A DNA stretch of 64,000 nucleotides, taken from NCBI RefSeq assembly GCF_963921235.1, contig NC_086097.1, positions 27,592,001-27,656,000 of the forward strand, read 5' to 3'. Shown here piece by piece: positions 40,321-53,785 of this stretch. The number at the start of each line of letters is the position of its first letter. Position 1 is the stretch's first letter. The stretch is from Mobula hypostoma (lineage: Eukaryota). The translations under genes were made by a program, and so were the position numbers. The notes beneath the pieces were generated by a model. It had not been told where the DNA came from. It saw nothing but the letters and a program-made list of their open reading frames with translations, and searched no databases.

Positions 40321-41574
40321 ACCCTAAGCTTAAGGTGTGGCAACACATGCAGGCTGCCCCAGCAACTCTCTGAGTGTGTTTGTTGGTAATGCAAATGAAA
40401 CATTTCACTGTATGTTTTGACGTACATGTGATAAATAAATCCGAATCTGAACCTGAAATAGCTGATACACACAGAGGAACTCAGCAGGTCAGGCAGCCTC
40501 AATGGAAAGGAATAATTAGTTGACCGTTTGGACTGAGACCCTGCATCAGGACTGGAAATGAAGGGGGAAGAAGCCAGAATTAGAAGGTGGAGGGAGGGGG
40601 AGGAGTACAAACTGCAAATATACTGGATTTCCTTCATTATCAATGGGTCTAAATCTTAAAGTTCCCTACAGATGTCAGAGAGTACAACTGAATTCTCAAA
40701 GATGAAACTTTGTTGTTTCTAGTATTCCTTGCTTTCATTTCTGTGTGAGAGAAGATCTTCATCACAAAGACTTGGCAGCAGTCAAAAAGGCCATTTAGCC
40801 ACGCCTTCTCAAGGACAATTAGGAATGGGCAATAAATACTGGCCTTGGCAGTGCCACTTGCATTGCACAAATGAATATTAATAAATTCTTAAGTATAGAC
40901 CATTTATGGTCTTCACAGGCACGTGCTCAAGTAATGACAAATGATCATGGCTGAAGGTGAGTCTGTCTTTGAGTCAGTTAAGTATGTAGACATAAAAGGC
41001 ATTTAACTTCCAGTATGTAGCCATCAGTTTGTATGGAAAGTACAATGATCCCTGATTGAGAGCAGGAGTAACACTCACCAGCTGTTCACTCATTTGGTCT
41101 ATATGCAACAGGGTAATCTCTGGTTGCAACAATGAACAGAGGTTTGACATTAACAATTGAACTTCTACAATTTTTTTTTATGTTTAATAAATTATCTTCC
41201 CTAAGTGCATCTGGAAATGACACCCTGGATATTGCATGACATTGCCCATTTAACCCTTTCAATGACATAAAAGGTTGAATGAGTGGTTCTGTCCATGAGT
41301 ATATTAACGTCTTATTTTTAATCTATGCATTAATTAGAAATCTAAAGTTATGAAAAAATGATGTTCTATGGATTACAGATAAAGAAAACTGGATTGGATT
41401 GAATTGGTTTATTACTGTCACATGTACCCAGATATAGTGGGAGTCTTTGTTGTGTGCAGTCCAGACAAATGTCACTACATATAACTACACTGAGGAACTG
41501 TTAGATTAGCATGTAGAATTGTTATTTTCCTTGTAGTTCAACTTTCCTAGGCTTGATTGTAATTTTATATAATA

Positions 41575-41865
41575 CGTCACAGTAGTGTAGTGGTTAGCGT
41601 GACACTATTAAAGCTCAGGGCATTTCTGAGTTTGAAGTTCAATTTTAGCGCTGTCTGTAAGGAGTTTGTAGGTTCTCCATGGGGCTGTATGGGTTTCCTC
41701 CAGGTTTTCCAGGTTCTTTCCACATTCCAAACTCATACTGGTCCATAGGTTAATTAGTCATTGTAAATTGTCCTGTGATTAGGCTAGTGTGAATAGGTGA
41801 GTTGCTGGGCAGTGTGGCTTGTTGAGTCAGAAGGGCCTGGTATCTCTAGAAAAATAAATAAATCT
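41575..41865 (+). mobile_element. V-type tRNA SINE with CR1-like tail
   Basis: A-box tagtgtagtggttagc, B-box-like gaagttcaatt, central gggtttcctcc...ggttaattagtcattgtaaattgtcc, tail gaagggcctg...aaataaataaat. Confidence 0.8.
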
Positions 41866-44383
41866 ATATAGATTCAATTGTTCAGTGAAATGGCCAGCAC
41901 TTACAGTACAGTCGCTTCAGTATTTTTCTAGAAACTTCTAAGTTTTGAGTAGTGGTGTCACACCACTCAAATCTGGCTATTTTATAGGCTAATTGTTATC
42001 ACTGGAATTTGGGCTATCTCTAGTCTGAGTATGAGAGGACAATGAATACTTTTTGCTTTGTCCTTTTCCTTTTTGTTCTCTTGGCTCCTCTTTCTCGTTC
42101 ATTTTCTAGTCTTGTAACACTTAATAACATTGTAAGCAATAAGTTTTATACTCATTCAGGACTTACAAAGAACCTGTGGATCATAAAACTATCAGAATTT
42201 AACAGTACTAAAAAGAAAACAATGCAGAATAGAGTGTTGCAGTTTCAGTGAAAGTGCAGTGCAGGTAGACAAATAAAGTCCAATTGACATGATAAGGCAG
42301 GTTGAGAAATTAAGAGTTCAAGATTTCATTTTCTGGTGTATGAGAGATCTGTACAAGAGTCTACTAACAGCTGGATGGAAGCTGTCCTCGTGTCTGGTGA
42401 TACGTACTCTCTCAAACTTTTGTACCTTCTATCCAATGGAAAAGTGAAGAAGAGAGAATGACCAGGCTGGGAAGGGCCCTTGATTACACTGGCTGCTTTC
42501 TCAAGGCAGAAGAAAGTTTAGACGGTGTCAGGAAAGGTGAGGCTGGTTTGTGTAATAGACTGGGCTGCGTTCACAGTTCTTTGCAATTTCTTGAGATGTC
42601 GGACAGAGCAGTTGCAAGCCAAGCTGTGATGCATCTGGACAGGATGCTTTCTTTGGTGCATCTGTAAAAAGTGATAAGAGTCATCGGGGATATGCTGCAT
42701 TTCATCTGCCTTTTAAGGAAAATTCAAACGACCAGAATATCATGCCACAGTACAGCATAAATTGAGCAATAAGTAGGTGGACAAATTGACCATTCCTAAC
42801 ACTCGTTTTATTTGCTCCTCAGGCAGAATATCCTGTTCAGATTTTGTTAGATTAGTTCATCAAAAGATTAAAAAAGGATATCATAATATTAAACATAACA
42901 TAATAGCACCTGATGCAGTTAAATAGTTATACATTGACAACAAAGACTAGTTTGGAAGGTAGTGAGGAGGATAGTCTTTGCTTACAGAACAATATTGAAC
43001 AGATGGTAATTTATTTTATTTCTTTAATGATACCTCTCAACCATTGGGCTTTTGAACCAAAGGGGATAACTTCACTCAACTTTATTTACCCCTCACTGAA
43101 CTGTTCCCACAACCTATGGACTCACTTTCAAGGAATCTTCATCTCATATTCTCAATATTTATTGCTTATTTATTTATTATTATTATTTCTTTCTTTCTTT
43201 TTCTATTTGCACAGTTTGTTGGTTTTTGCACATTTGCTGAAAGCCCACGTTGGTGTGGTCTTTCATTGATTCTATTATAGTTATTATTCTACTGTGGATT
43301 TATTTAGTATTCCCTCAAGAAAATGAATCTCAGAGTTGTGAATGGTAACATATATGTACTTTGATAATAAATTTACGTTGAACTTTGCAGCATGGAATTA
43401 GGTCCATCCAGCCCACCAAGACCATACCACACAATTACACACATGTGACCATTTAACCTACAAACCTGTATGTCTTTGGAATGCGGGAGGAAACCACAAC
43501 ACCCAGAGGAAATTCACGTGGTCACAAGAAGAATGTACAAACTCTTTACCGACAGTGGTGGAAATTGAACCTGGTGCTGTAATAGCATTATGCTGTTATG
43601 CCGCCCCAGTTCTACACCCTAATCCAACAAAAGTTAATCCTGTTTTTTTTTATACAATGGTGTGTTGTTAACCACTCAAAGATCGAAAACAGAATAAGTG
43701 AACAAAGATGTAATAGTATATTTCAGAATTGAGTCCAACAGATCATCTCTTCACACAAACTCCCTCCCACTCTAATTCATCTGGCCCTGTCAGCATAGCC
43801 TTCTGCTCCATTCCCCCTCGTGCTTATCTAGCTTCCTGTTCAATCTCCCTATGCTGTTCAACCACACCAGCCCTTTTGCCAACAGAGAATTTATTCTTCA
43901 ATCACATAAGGGCATGAAAACATTCCATTTTAATGACAAGATGGAAGCCTTCATATAAACCACACTTTTTTTTTAATGGTGGAGAGCACTTCATAAAGTA
44001 AATGCAAGAGCTAAACCAAAATTTAAGGTCAAGTTTAGACTTTCTGGCAAAACACAGAACGAAGCAAAATGTACTTAGAAATATCCACCCCGTCAAGCTG
44101 AGCTGTTGCCAACACAGTGCCTCTTTGGAATGCAAATCAGCTCAGTTATGATAAACACGATTACTGTGCAAAGAAACAAATAACAAATCACATTATTTCA
44201 TGACTTCAAGTTTGAAATATATTTTTCAACAGACGAGAAAAATTAATGATCGCGTCTTTTGGAAGACACTGAAAATGAGATGGGGTAATTCAAAGAAGAG
44301 CTCTAGACAATCTAACTGATATACTGCAATTAGCTCCATACGCTGCTCCGCAGTATTAACCCAGGCAGCAGTGTAATACTCAC

Positions 44384-44419
44384 CCTGTTCATATTTGGCA
44401 AAATGCCCTTCATGTACAT
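44384..44419 (-). CDS. Candidate exon A of an unidentified multi-exon host gene (MYMKGILPNMNR); may hold the start codon
   Basis: Strong donor AGG|gtgagt at 44383-44378. Ends in phase 0, matching exon B. The acceptor is weak (ccagacag|ATG). An in-frame TGA lies just upstream, so this may be the 3' part of a larger exon with 5'UTR (alternative acceptor gttgttcccag near 44551). Confidence 0.5.
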
Positions 44420-44584
44420 CTGTCTGGACAATTGGGATCCAAAGGCATTTCATTTTTCCCATGTCTGCATGTTTCCAGAAGAAATAATAGCAGATTGCAG
44501 ATCCTCAGTGTTTTAATCCAAATGGGCATTTTCTATCTTGTTCCATAAACCTGGGAACAACCCACATCATTTCATACCATTCCT

Positions 44585-44790
44585 GCTATGTGATTTATGA
44601 AACTTGGCAAATAACCTGCACACCGCACAGGGTTCAATGATCAGATAATATTTCAATGATGTTTACCGAGGGGTGAATATTGGCCAGGACACAAAGACTA
44701 ATTTTCTTTGTCCTTATTTTAATTAGTGCAATGGACTCTTTATGGATAATTATGGTTCAGTTGAAAGCCTCTAGAAAACAGCCCTAAGCT
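44585..44790 (-). mobile_element. Ancient SINE remnant (Deu-domain-like); weaker copy at about 22760-22935
   Basis: gatcagataat...gatgtttaccgaggggtgaatattggccaggacac resembles the shark Deu-SINE consensus as I recall it. Not verified by alignment. Confidence 0.35.
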
Positions 44791-45874
44791 TTCTCTTTGT
44801 TATTTTGAGACCTTTTCGATTGAAAATACATGTAAGTGAACCAGGATTGCTTCTTCGTCAACCATGTTACATACTTCACAGATTTCCTTTCTCCCACCTC
44901 TTTCCTGGAAGAAAATACACCCTGGCCTACTGCTTTCATTGAGCTTACTGACTTTGCTGACTTGTTTAATAGCTCAAGAACAAATACAGTTAATTTACTT
45001 CAAGAATAATTTATGTAATTCCTCCTACATATACTTAGTTAAGTTTAGTTAGCATTATTGTACCCAGTCAATAAATAACTCTGATCTGGATACAGCCAAA
45101 ACTGCACACGCTGCAAAGGCAAACATTTTATTAGCTTTCAGTAAATTTCATACTAGTCATAGAATCGGGGTCATGTAGTACAGAATGTGTCTTAATGGCT
45201 GATTATGTACACGCTACCCATTATAGCGACCTACACTAATCCATCACACTCGTCCCCACCATTCAGCACATTTACAAAGAGTGCTGCTACAAGAAAGCAG
45301 CATCCATCAACACAGAACCACACCATTCAGGCGATGCTCTTTTCTCATGACTACCACTGGGCAGGAGGTACAGGAGCTTTGGGTCCTACATAACCAGGTT
45401 TAGTAATAGTTACTATCCTTCAATCATCAGGCTCTTGAACCAGCATGGATAACTTCACTCACCTCAACAATGAACTAACTCCACAACCTCCAGACTCACA
45501 ATAAAGGACTCTACAACTCAAGTTCCCAGTATTATTTTTTTTTATTTGTACAATTTTTCTTCTTTTGCACATTGGTTGTTTGCTAGTCTTTGTTTATTTA
45601 TAGTTATTCATAAATTCTATTGTATTTCTTTTAGTTTTGTAAATGTCTGCAAGAAAACACATCTCAGAGTTGTATATGGTGACCTAAAAGTACTTTGATA
45701 ATAAATTTACTTTGACTATGTTTACATGCATTACCTCCATTGTCTATTAGCAATGTACAATTAATTTATCCAATTCTTATAACATATAAAACTATAAATC
45801 ACTTAAAAATTATTTGTTTTAAGCATTTTTATAAAAACTTTATTTAGTCTTAAAACCTGAATTCAGCTAGAGTA

Positions 45875-47745
45875 GGCAGGAGTCCTGCAATGGAGACCAA
45901 GTCATTGGGGATATTTAAAGTGGAGATTGACAGGTTCTTGATTTGTAAGGGTGTCAAAGATTGCAGGAGAGAGAAGGCAAGAGAATGGGGTTGAGAGGAA
46001 AAATAAATCAGCCACAATCAAATGGCAGAACAGACTCAATGGACCAAATGGCCTAATTCTGCTCCGATGTCTTAAGGTCTTTATCATTCTTTTTGGGATA
46101 GTCAGTAAGTATTTTGCAGTTTTCACTGTGGAAAACATCAGTAGTATGCCAGAAATTAAAGAATGTCAGAGGGCTGAAGTGAGTGTTGTTGCTATTACTA
46201 AGCAGAAAGTGGTTGGGAAACTGAAAGGTCAGAAAGTAGATAAGTCACCAGGACCAGATAGACTACACCCCAAGGTTCTGAAAGAGGTAGCTGGAGAGAT
46301 TATGAAGGAATTAGTAATGATCTTTCCAGAACTGTGAGATTCTGGGGTGGTTCCAGAGGACTGGAAAATTACAAATGTCACTCCACTCTTTAAGAAAGGA
46401 GGGAGGCAAAAGACAGGAAATTATAGGCCATTTAGCCAGGCTTTAGTGGTTGTTAAGATATTGGAGTCTATTATTAAGGATGAGATTTCAAGGTACTTGG
46501 AGGCACAGGATAAAATAAGCCAAAGTCAGCATGGTTTCCTTAAAGGGAAATCTTGCCTAACAAATCTTTTGGAATTCTTTGAGGAAATAACAAGCAGAAT
46601 AGCTAAAGGAGAGTCACTGGATGTTGCTTACTTGGATTTTCAGAAGGCCTCACACAAGGTCTCGCACATGAGGCTGCAAAACAAGACAAGAGCCCATAGT
46701 ATTACAGGAAAGATACTAGCATGGATAGAAGATTGGCTGACTAGCAGTAAGCTAGGAGTGGAGACCTTCTCTGGTTGGCTGCTGGTGAATAGTGGTGTTC
46801 CACAAATGTCAGTGTTGAGACCACTTCTTTGTATGTTATTTATCAATGATTTGGATGACAGAATTGATGGCTTTGTGGCCATGCTTGCAGACATTACAAA
46901 GATAGGTGGAGGGCAGGCAGTGTTGAGGAAGCAGGGAGTCTGCAGAAGGACAGGCAGATTAGGAAAATGGGCAAAAAAATAATATATGAAGTAATATGTC
47001 AGGAAGTATATGGTCATGCACTTTGGTAGATGGAATAAAAGCATAGACTATTTTCTAAAATGGGGTAAATTCAGAAATCAGAGGTTGAAATGGATTCCCT
47101 AAAGGTTAACTTGCAGGTTGAGTCCATGATAAGGAAGGCAAATGCAATATTAGCTTTCATTTCAAGGGGACTAGAATATAAAAACATGGATGTAATGGTG
47201 AGGCTTTACAAGACATTGGTCAGACTGTACTTCGAGTATTGACAGCCACTTTGGGCCCCTTATATAACAGTGGATCTCCTGGCATTGGAGATGATCCAGA
47301 TGAGGTTCATGAGAATGATCCCCGAAAGAAAGGATTAACATATGAGGAGCCTGTACTTGCTGCAGTTTGGAAGAATGAGGGGGGGAATCTCATTGAAACC
47401 TATCAAATATTGAAATGCCAAGATAGAGTGGACGTGGACAGAATGTTTCCTACTATGGGGGAGTCAAGGACTAGACGACACAGCATCAGAATACAAGGGT
47501 ATTTAGAACACAGTTGAAGAATTTCTTTAGCCAGATGGTGGTAAATCTGTGAAATTCATTGCCACAGACACCTGTGGAGGACAGGTCATTGGGTTAGTCA
47601 TTAAGATGGAGATTGATAGGTTCTTGTTCAGTAAGGATGTCAAAGGTTACAGGGAAAAGGCAAGAGAATGGGGTTGAGAGGGATAGTGGAATGGTGAAGC
47701 AGACTTGATGGGCTGAATGGCCTAATTCTGCTCCTGCTTCTAATT
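45875..47745 (+). mobile_element. CR1 3' end (45875-46080) followed by a 5'-truncated CR1 RT copy
   Basis: KSPGPDRLHPKVLKE, QHGFLKGKSCLTNLLEFFE and DFQKA motifs. Confidence 0.9.
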
Positions 47746-48386
47746 GTTGTTGTTCCTTTCCACACCTTGTGGTGCATCGAGCAGCAGCCTTGCCATTTCT
47801 TTATCATTTTTGTCTCTTTTTTTTATGAGGCTGAGTTGCTAGTTCAATGCTCAACCCAACACGATAGAAGGTATGCAAGGAGCTGGCCAGATTCAAACCC
47901 GGACAACTCGTCTCAAAGTCCAGCGCGGATGCTACTACGTCAGCTGTGTCTTATGGTCTTAAGAATTTCCGTTTCCTTGTTCTCTGTACAAGCCCCAAGA
48001 ATAATGCCTTTGAGTTCTGCTGGAAACCCATTGATCAGCACATGATGAGAAATACATGAATAGACGTCATTAGCACATGTAGGCAACTTGGCCCTTCAAT
48101 TCTGCGGTGCTATTCCATAACACCATGGCTGATCTAACTGCAAGTTAACACTGCATTCCTGTCTGTCCACAGTTAACTTTCTGTCCCCAGCTTGTCAAAA
48201 TTTGTTCAACCTCTGCCTCACAGTTCAAAGTTCAAAGCAAATTTATCAAAGTACTTGTATCACCATATACAACCCTGAGATTCACTTTTTTGCAGACATA
48301 CTCAATAAATCCAATAACCATAATAGAATCAATGAAAGACTACACCAACCAGTGGACAAAAGACAACACTGCAAATACATAATGAT

Positions 48387-50607
48387 TTTTGATAGAAGGT
48401 AAAACATATCTCTTACCTAAAATCACAATGATCCATCAAAATATCGTCCTATTACTTGTTTACAAACTATATAAAAAATTGTAACATCATGCATCTCGCA
48501 ACTAATTACCACTCGCTTAGGTAACCACAATATACTCACAGAAGAACAGAAAAGATGCCATAAGGGTATGAAAGCATGTAAAGAACAACTGATAACATAT
48601 TCCATATTTCTAAATCAAGCCCAAAGAAAAAGCAGAAATCTTTCATGTGATAATATATATTGACTACCTAAAAGCATTTGATTCTATCCCACACTCGTGG
48701 TTAATAGAAGCTCTTTATGTATATATAAACTATACCCAATATTTGTGAAATTCCTACAACATCTGATGAAGCATTGGCATACTAGAATCACACTATCCAT
48801 TAACAACCGAAAAAAGAACAACCACTGTTATCAAAATAAACCGAGGCATTTTCCAGGGCATCTCTCTAAGCCCACTATGGTTCTGCCTAGCTTTAAACAT
48901 GCTCTCGAATTTAGTGAATTAGATTTTAATAGGATATCAAATTAAAAACAACCAAATGAATTATACCTTGATACACCTTCTATACATAAACAATTTGAAA
49001 TTATAATTAACTTCATCAGTAAAGCTAAAATAATTAATTCAAATAGTACAACCATTTTTGAAAGATAGAAACATAAACTTTGGACCAGATAAGTTCAGAA
49101 CATCAAACATAAAGAAAGGTGCAATAGAGCTAGTAGAATATAAAACACAGCATCAGGATACAATACCAACAATGGATGAATATGAAACATACACGTATTC
49201 GGGATATCAACAAACAAAGGAAATAGATCATGGTGTGATAAAGGGAAAACTGTCACAGAATTTACTTCAAGGCTTAAGAAAATCTGCCAAACAGAGCTCA
49301 GTAGTAAAAATATAACAAAGACAATAAACACTTTTGTTATACCCATATTAACAGATTTTTCTGGCATAATATCTTGGTCCAAAACTGATCTAGAAAACTT
49401 ACAAAGAAAAATAAAAACTGAAATGACAAATTTTAGAAAACGCTTTGTACACCCGAATACACTTAGATTAACACTTCCTAGGACAGGAGGAGGAAGAGGA
49501 ATAACAGATATAAAAAAATTACACAACAGTCAGATAAAATTAAGGATATACCTTCATCAACAAAAACAGGATTCAGTATTCCATGCAAGCACATGCAATT
49601 CTGATAAGAAGTACACACCACTAAACTTAAATGAAACAACACCCAGAAAAATGCATAGATTATCACTGTAGAAGAAAAGGTTAATCAATGAAAGAACATG
49701 ATCTTCCATGGGAGACATCTCAGCAGAATAGATGTTGACAAGGAACTATCAAACACCTGGCTCAGAGTTGGACACCTCTTCCCAGGAACAGAGGGGTTTT
49801 TTAAGGCAATACAGGAGCAGGTGGTTGACACAAAAAATTATCAAGAATACACAATAAAAACCCAACAAATTCAAAACAATAAATGCAGAAAATGCCAAGA
49901 GAAACCAGAAACAATGAAGGGTCTCAGCCCAAGATGTTAACTGTTTACTTTTTGCCATAGATGTTGCCTAACCTGCTGAGTTCCTCCAGCGTTTTGCTCA
50001 GAAACAACCTAGAACATTACAGGATACTGCAGCAGTTTAACTCAATCTACAGACACAATCAAGTGGCAAATATCATTCACCAAAATCTTGCTTTAAAATA
50101 CAAACTCATAAAAGATACCATACCTTACTATAAATAAAAGCCTGATTCAGTCTTAGTCAGAATCCTACAAATTATTTTATGACCGATCCATTATTACACA
50201 TAGGACAATCTATAATAACCACCCGGATATAATATTATAGAATAAACAAGCAAGAACAACTTACTTCATAGATATAGCCATTCCAAACACACAAAATATA
50301 CAGAAATCAGTAAGTGAAAAAGACCAGAAATATGCTGATTTAAAAGAGGAAATTGAAAGGCCGTGGAACACAAACTGGGTATACATTGTCCCAATAGTAA
50401 TAGCTATAACCGGTATCAGTCCAAAGTCACTACACAATAGCATTAACCAATTAAGCCTACACACCAATATTTATGTAAATCTCCAGAAAGTCACAATACT
50501 AAGCACTACTAGAATAGTCCAAAAGTTCCTAGTAATTGAGAAATGGAGTGCTCTTGGCTATGCCCATACCTCAGGTTTTATGAGCTTGAGTTGAGAAAAA
50601 AATAAAA
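48387..50607 (+). mobile_element. R4/Dong-clade non-LTR retrotransposon (RT, CCHC knuckle, RLE endonuclease), degenerate
   Basis: DPSKYRPITCL, IDYLKAFDSIPHSWL, RGIFQG, RLTLPRTGGGRG, CRKCQEKPET..HITGYC, RHNQVA, HPDIIL...FIDIAIP...EKDQKYADL and IVPIVI..TG. Confidence 0.88.
49915..49998 (+). mobile_element. 84-bp solo PLE terminus starting inside the hammerhead core
   Basis: TSD cagaaacaa at 49906-49914 and 49999-50007. It interrupts the R4 zinc knuckle. Confidence 0.85.
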
Positions 50608-53307
50608 GCATAATCATAATAAACAAGTAAATAAGCAATAAATATCAAAACATCAGATGAAGAGTCCTTGAAAGTGAGTCCAGAGGTTGTGGGAACAATT
50701 CTGTGATGAAGTTGAATGAAATTATCCCCTTTGATGCAACGCCCGATGGTTGAGGAGTAATAACTGTTCCTGAACTTGGCGGTGTGAGTCTTTAGGCTCC
50801 TGTACCTCTTTCTAATGGCAGCAGCAAGAAGACAACATGGCCTGAGAGGTGGGGGGTCCTTGATGATGGATGCTACTTTCCTGTGATTGTGCTCAATGGT
50901 GGGGTGGGGAGGGCTCTACCTGGAGTGTATCCACTACTTTTTGTAGTTTTCGTTTTCAGTTCAAGGGCATTGGTGTTTCCATAAAGGCCATGATGCAGCC
51001 ATGATACTCTCCATCGCACATCTATGGAAGTTCATCAGTTTTAGATGACGTGTCAAATCTGCGCAAACTTCCAAAAAAGTAGAGGCACTGCTGTGCCTTC
51101 TTTGTAACGGCAGTTATGTGCTGCACTCAGGACAAATCCTCCAAAACTACAACAGAGGAATTTGAAGTTACTGACTCTCTCCACATCTGATCCTCCGATG
51201 AGGACCGGCTCATGGACCTCTGGTTTCCTCCTCCTGTAGTCAATATTCATCTCTCTTCTACATGCTGCTTTGTCACCACCTTTGACTTAGCCCACAACAG
51301 TGGTTGCTAGTTACAGTGGTGACTGGTGCTGCGCCTCAGGGTTCAGTCCTGGGCCCATTATTGCTTGATATCTATACCAATGATTTGGATAAAAATGTAC
51401 AGGGGCTGGTGTTTAAGTTTCCATACGACACTGGTATAGGTGAAATAGTCAATGAAGAAAGTTATCAAAAGTGATAGGGCAATCTTGATCAGCTGAGTAA
51501 GTGGGCTGAAGAATGGCAAATGGAACACGCCATTGATAAGTGAGAGATGTTGCATTTTGCAAAGTCAAATCCGGATAGTACAATCACAGTTAACAGCACG
51601 TTCTGGAAGTGTAAGAACAGAGGGACCTTGGAGTTTAGAATTCACCGAAAGTGGAGTCATAGCTGGACAGAAGGCTTTTGGCATAGATATATGGTAAGAG
51701 GAAAGAAGGGTAAAGTTTTTCCACAGAGAGAGTGGCTGATATCTGGAATGCCTAAGCAGGTACAACCAATACAATTAGACATTTAGACGAATTCTTAAAT
51801 GGAAAAAGCATAGAAGAATATGTTCCTAATGCAGACAAGAAAGATTAGTGTTAATGGGCAAAAACTCGGTATGGACACGATAGGGCCATTTCTGTGCTGT
51901 ACAGCACTATAACTCTCTCTTACTCATTTGGGAGGCAGCTATGATTAAACGGAGGATGGATGGGAGAAATACTGACAAAATTACATTCTGCAAGTTGACT
52001 TTAAGGTTAAATAGAAATTCGTACAAGGACAATGAACGACTTTAAAAACCAATTCTAAAAGAGAACACTATAAAACAGACATTAAAATATAAAATTGAGA
52101 TGGAACTTTCCATTATGTAATTCTGCCAGCTGAGCTTAAACACTAGGGAGACATTGCTCTGATTAGAATATTACCGGCTGACAATGAAAGGTACCATATG
52201 GCAATATAATTCTCAAATCTATGAATAATTCTGCTAAATCCTAATACTGGATGGACAATTTTGTGTGATTCATGTCTCCTGCGCTTTAGCAAATCATCAC
52301 GGCACGCCAGCACCACCAAACACAATTAGGCATTGGTTCAGTTTCCGGGCATCACTTAATGAATCCTAGCCCTTGCACTTTTGACCAAATCAAGTTAATT
52401 TTTATAAAATAATTATCAGTAGAACAGGAAAACAACAAAGGCATGGTTGTGAGTGCACATAACTCTTTCTTGCAGTATTGACAGATCATAATTTCGGATG
52501 TAATGTGCTGCTCATCTGTTTTCTTTTTGACATCTTTGTTACAATGTTGATATTATAAATTTATCCATAGATGTGCCCTAGGCAGAAAAGACCCTAATCA
52601 GTGATGTGCAGGCTAATCTTTTGTTTTAAAGCCACCACCATCCATCAAACTGATCCTGTCTTCATCAGTATCAACACATTTGTATTGCTTGGTGGGGATT
52701 ATCACTAATTGTCAGGACACTAAACTGGATTAATATACCCTCTGCCTGGTTGGGACTGTAATTGCAATCTTCCAAATGAAACATGAATGAAGTCAGCTAA
52801 CCCAGGCCAAATCTAGGTTCAAACCAAGACCATTCCAATAGGTGCAGTTAGCAACTCATTCAGGTTTTCTGATTCTGTGGAGTCTCTGGCTATGTACTGC
52901 ATAAAGATATTAGCTTAATTTGTCATGTACTTTGAAACATCAAAACATACAGTGAAATGCGCTCTTTGCATCAACGACCAACACAGTCCAAGGATGTGCT
53001 GGGGGCAGCTGGCAAGTATCCCCATAGTGACAACATAGAATGCCCACAACTTACTACCATTATGTCTTCCGAATGTATGTGGAAGGAAATCAGAGCATCT
53101 GGAGGAAACCCATGCACTCACAAGGAGAACGTACAAACTCCTTATAGACAGTAGTGGGAAATTAACCCAGGTTGCCGGTGCTTTAAGTTATTATGCTAAC
53201 TGCTACACTATTGAGACATATATCTACAGATCTGGGTGAGGTCAATTAGGATATCTCCACCAAGCACTAATAACAGCCACCTGTTAATAATAAATAATTC
53301 TGTCAGA

Positions 53308-53785
53308 GTAACCTCCAACCTGATGACATGAACTTTGTTTTCTCTAACTTCTGGTAAATTCTACACCCCCCCCCCCAACAATGTCGTTTTCCATTCCACA
53401 TTCTGGCTTCCCACCTGTCCATCATCTCCCTCTGTTGCCCCTCCTCCTTCCCTTTCTCCCACAGTCCACTGTCCTTTCCTACCAGATTCCTTCTTCAGCA
53501 TTTTACTTCTTCCACCTATCACATCGCAGCTTCTCACTTCAACACCACTCTCCACCCATTCACCTACCATCCCATCTGGTCTCACCCATCACCTGCCAGT
53601 TTGTACTCCTTCCCCTCTCCGCATCTTATTCTGACTTCTATTTCCTTTCCAATCCCGATGAAAATCTCAGCCCAAAATGTCGGCTGTTAATTACTCTCCT
53701 TAGATGCTGGCTAATCTGCCAAGTTTTTCCAGCATTTTGTATGTGTTGCTCTGGATTTCCAACATCTGCAGAATCTGTTGTGCTT
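53308..53785 (+). mobile_element. PLE 3' terminus; further degenerate copies at 4970-5070, 28070-28200(-), 34715-34850, 35600-35800, 40460-40615(-), 54105-54195, 55085-55520(-) and 56180-56640
   Basis: Shared block: degenerate hammerhead, then gatgctgcctgacctgctgagttcctccagcattttgtg, then ccagcatctgcaga. Confidence 0.75.

Larger units (their letters stand above)
48222..51310 (-). mobile_element. Rex1/Babar 3' fragment (48222-48386 and 50608-51310) split by the R4/Dong element
   Basis: IDYRRRK...VERVSNFKFL motif. The 3'UTR is colinear with the copy at 43030-43385. Confidence 0.8.

Noticed and set aside
41575..41650. tRNA gene
   Set aside because: The A/B-box-like sequence is a SINE head. No cloverleaf or anticodon arm can be supported.
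44226..44462. ORF MGKMKCLWIPIVQ... as the exon A reading frame
   Set aside because: It would leave the donor in phase 1 and hit a stop in exon B. It would be viable only if an unseen exon intervenes.
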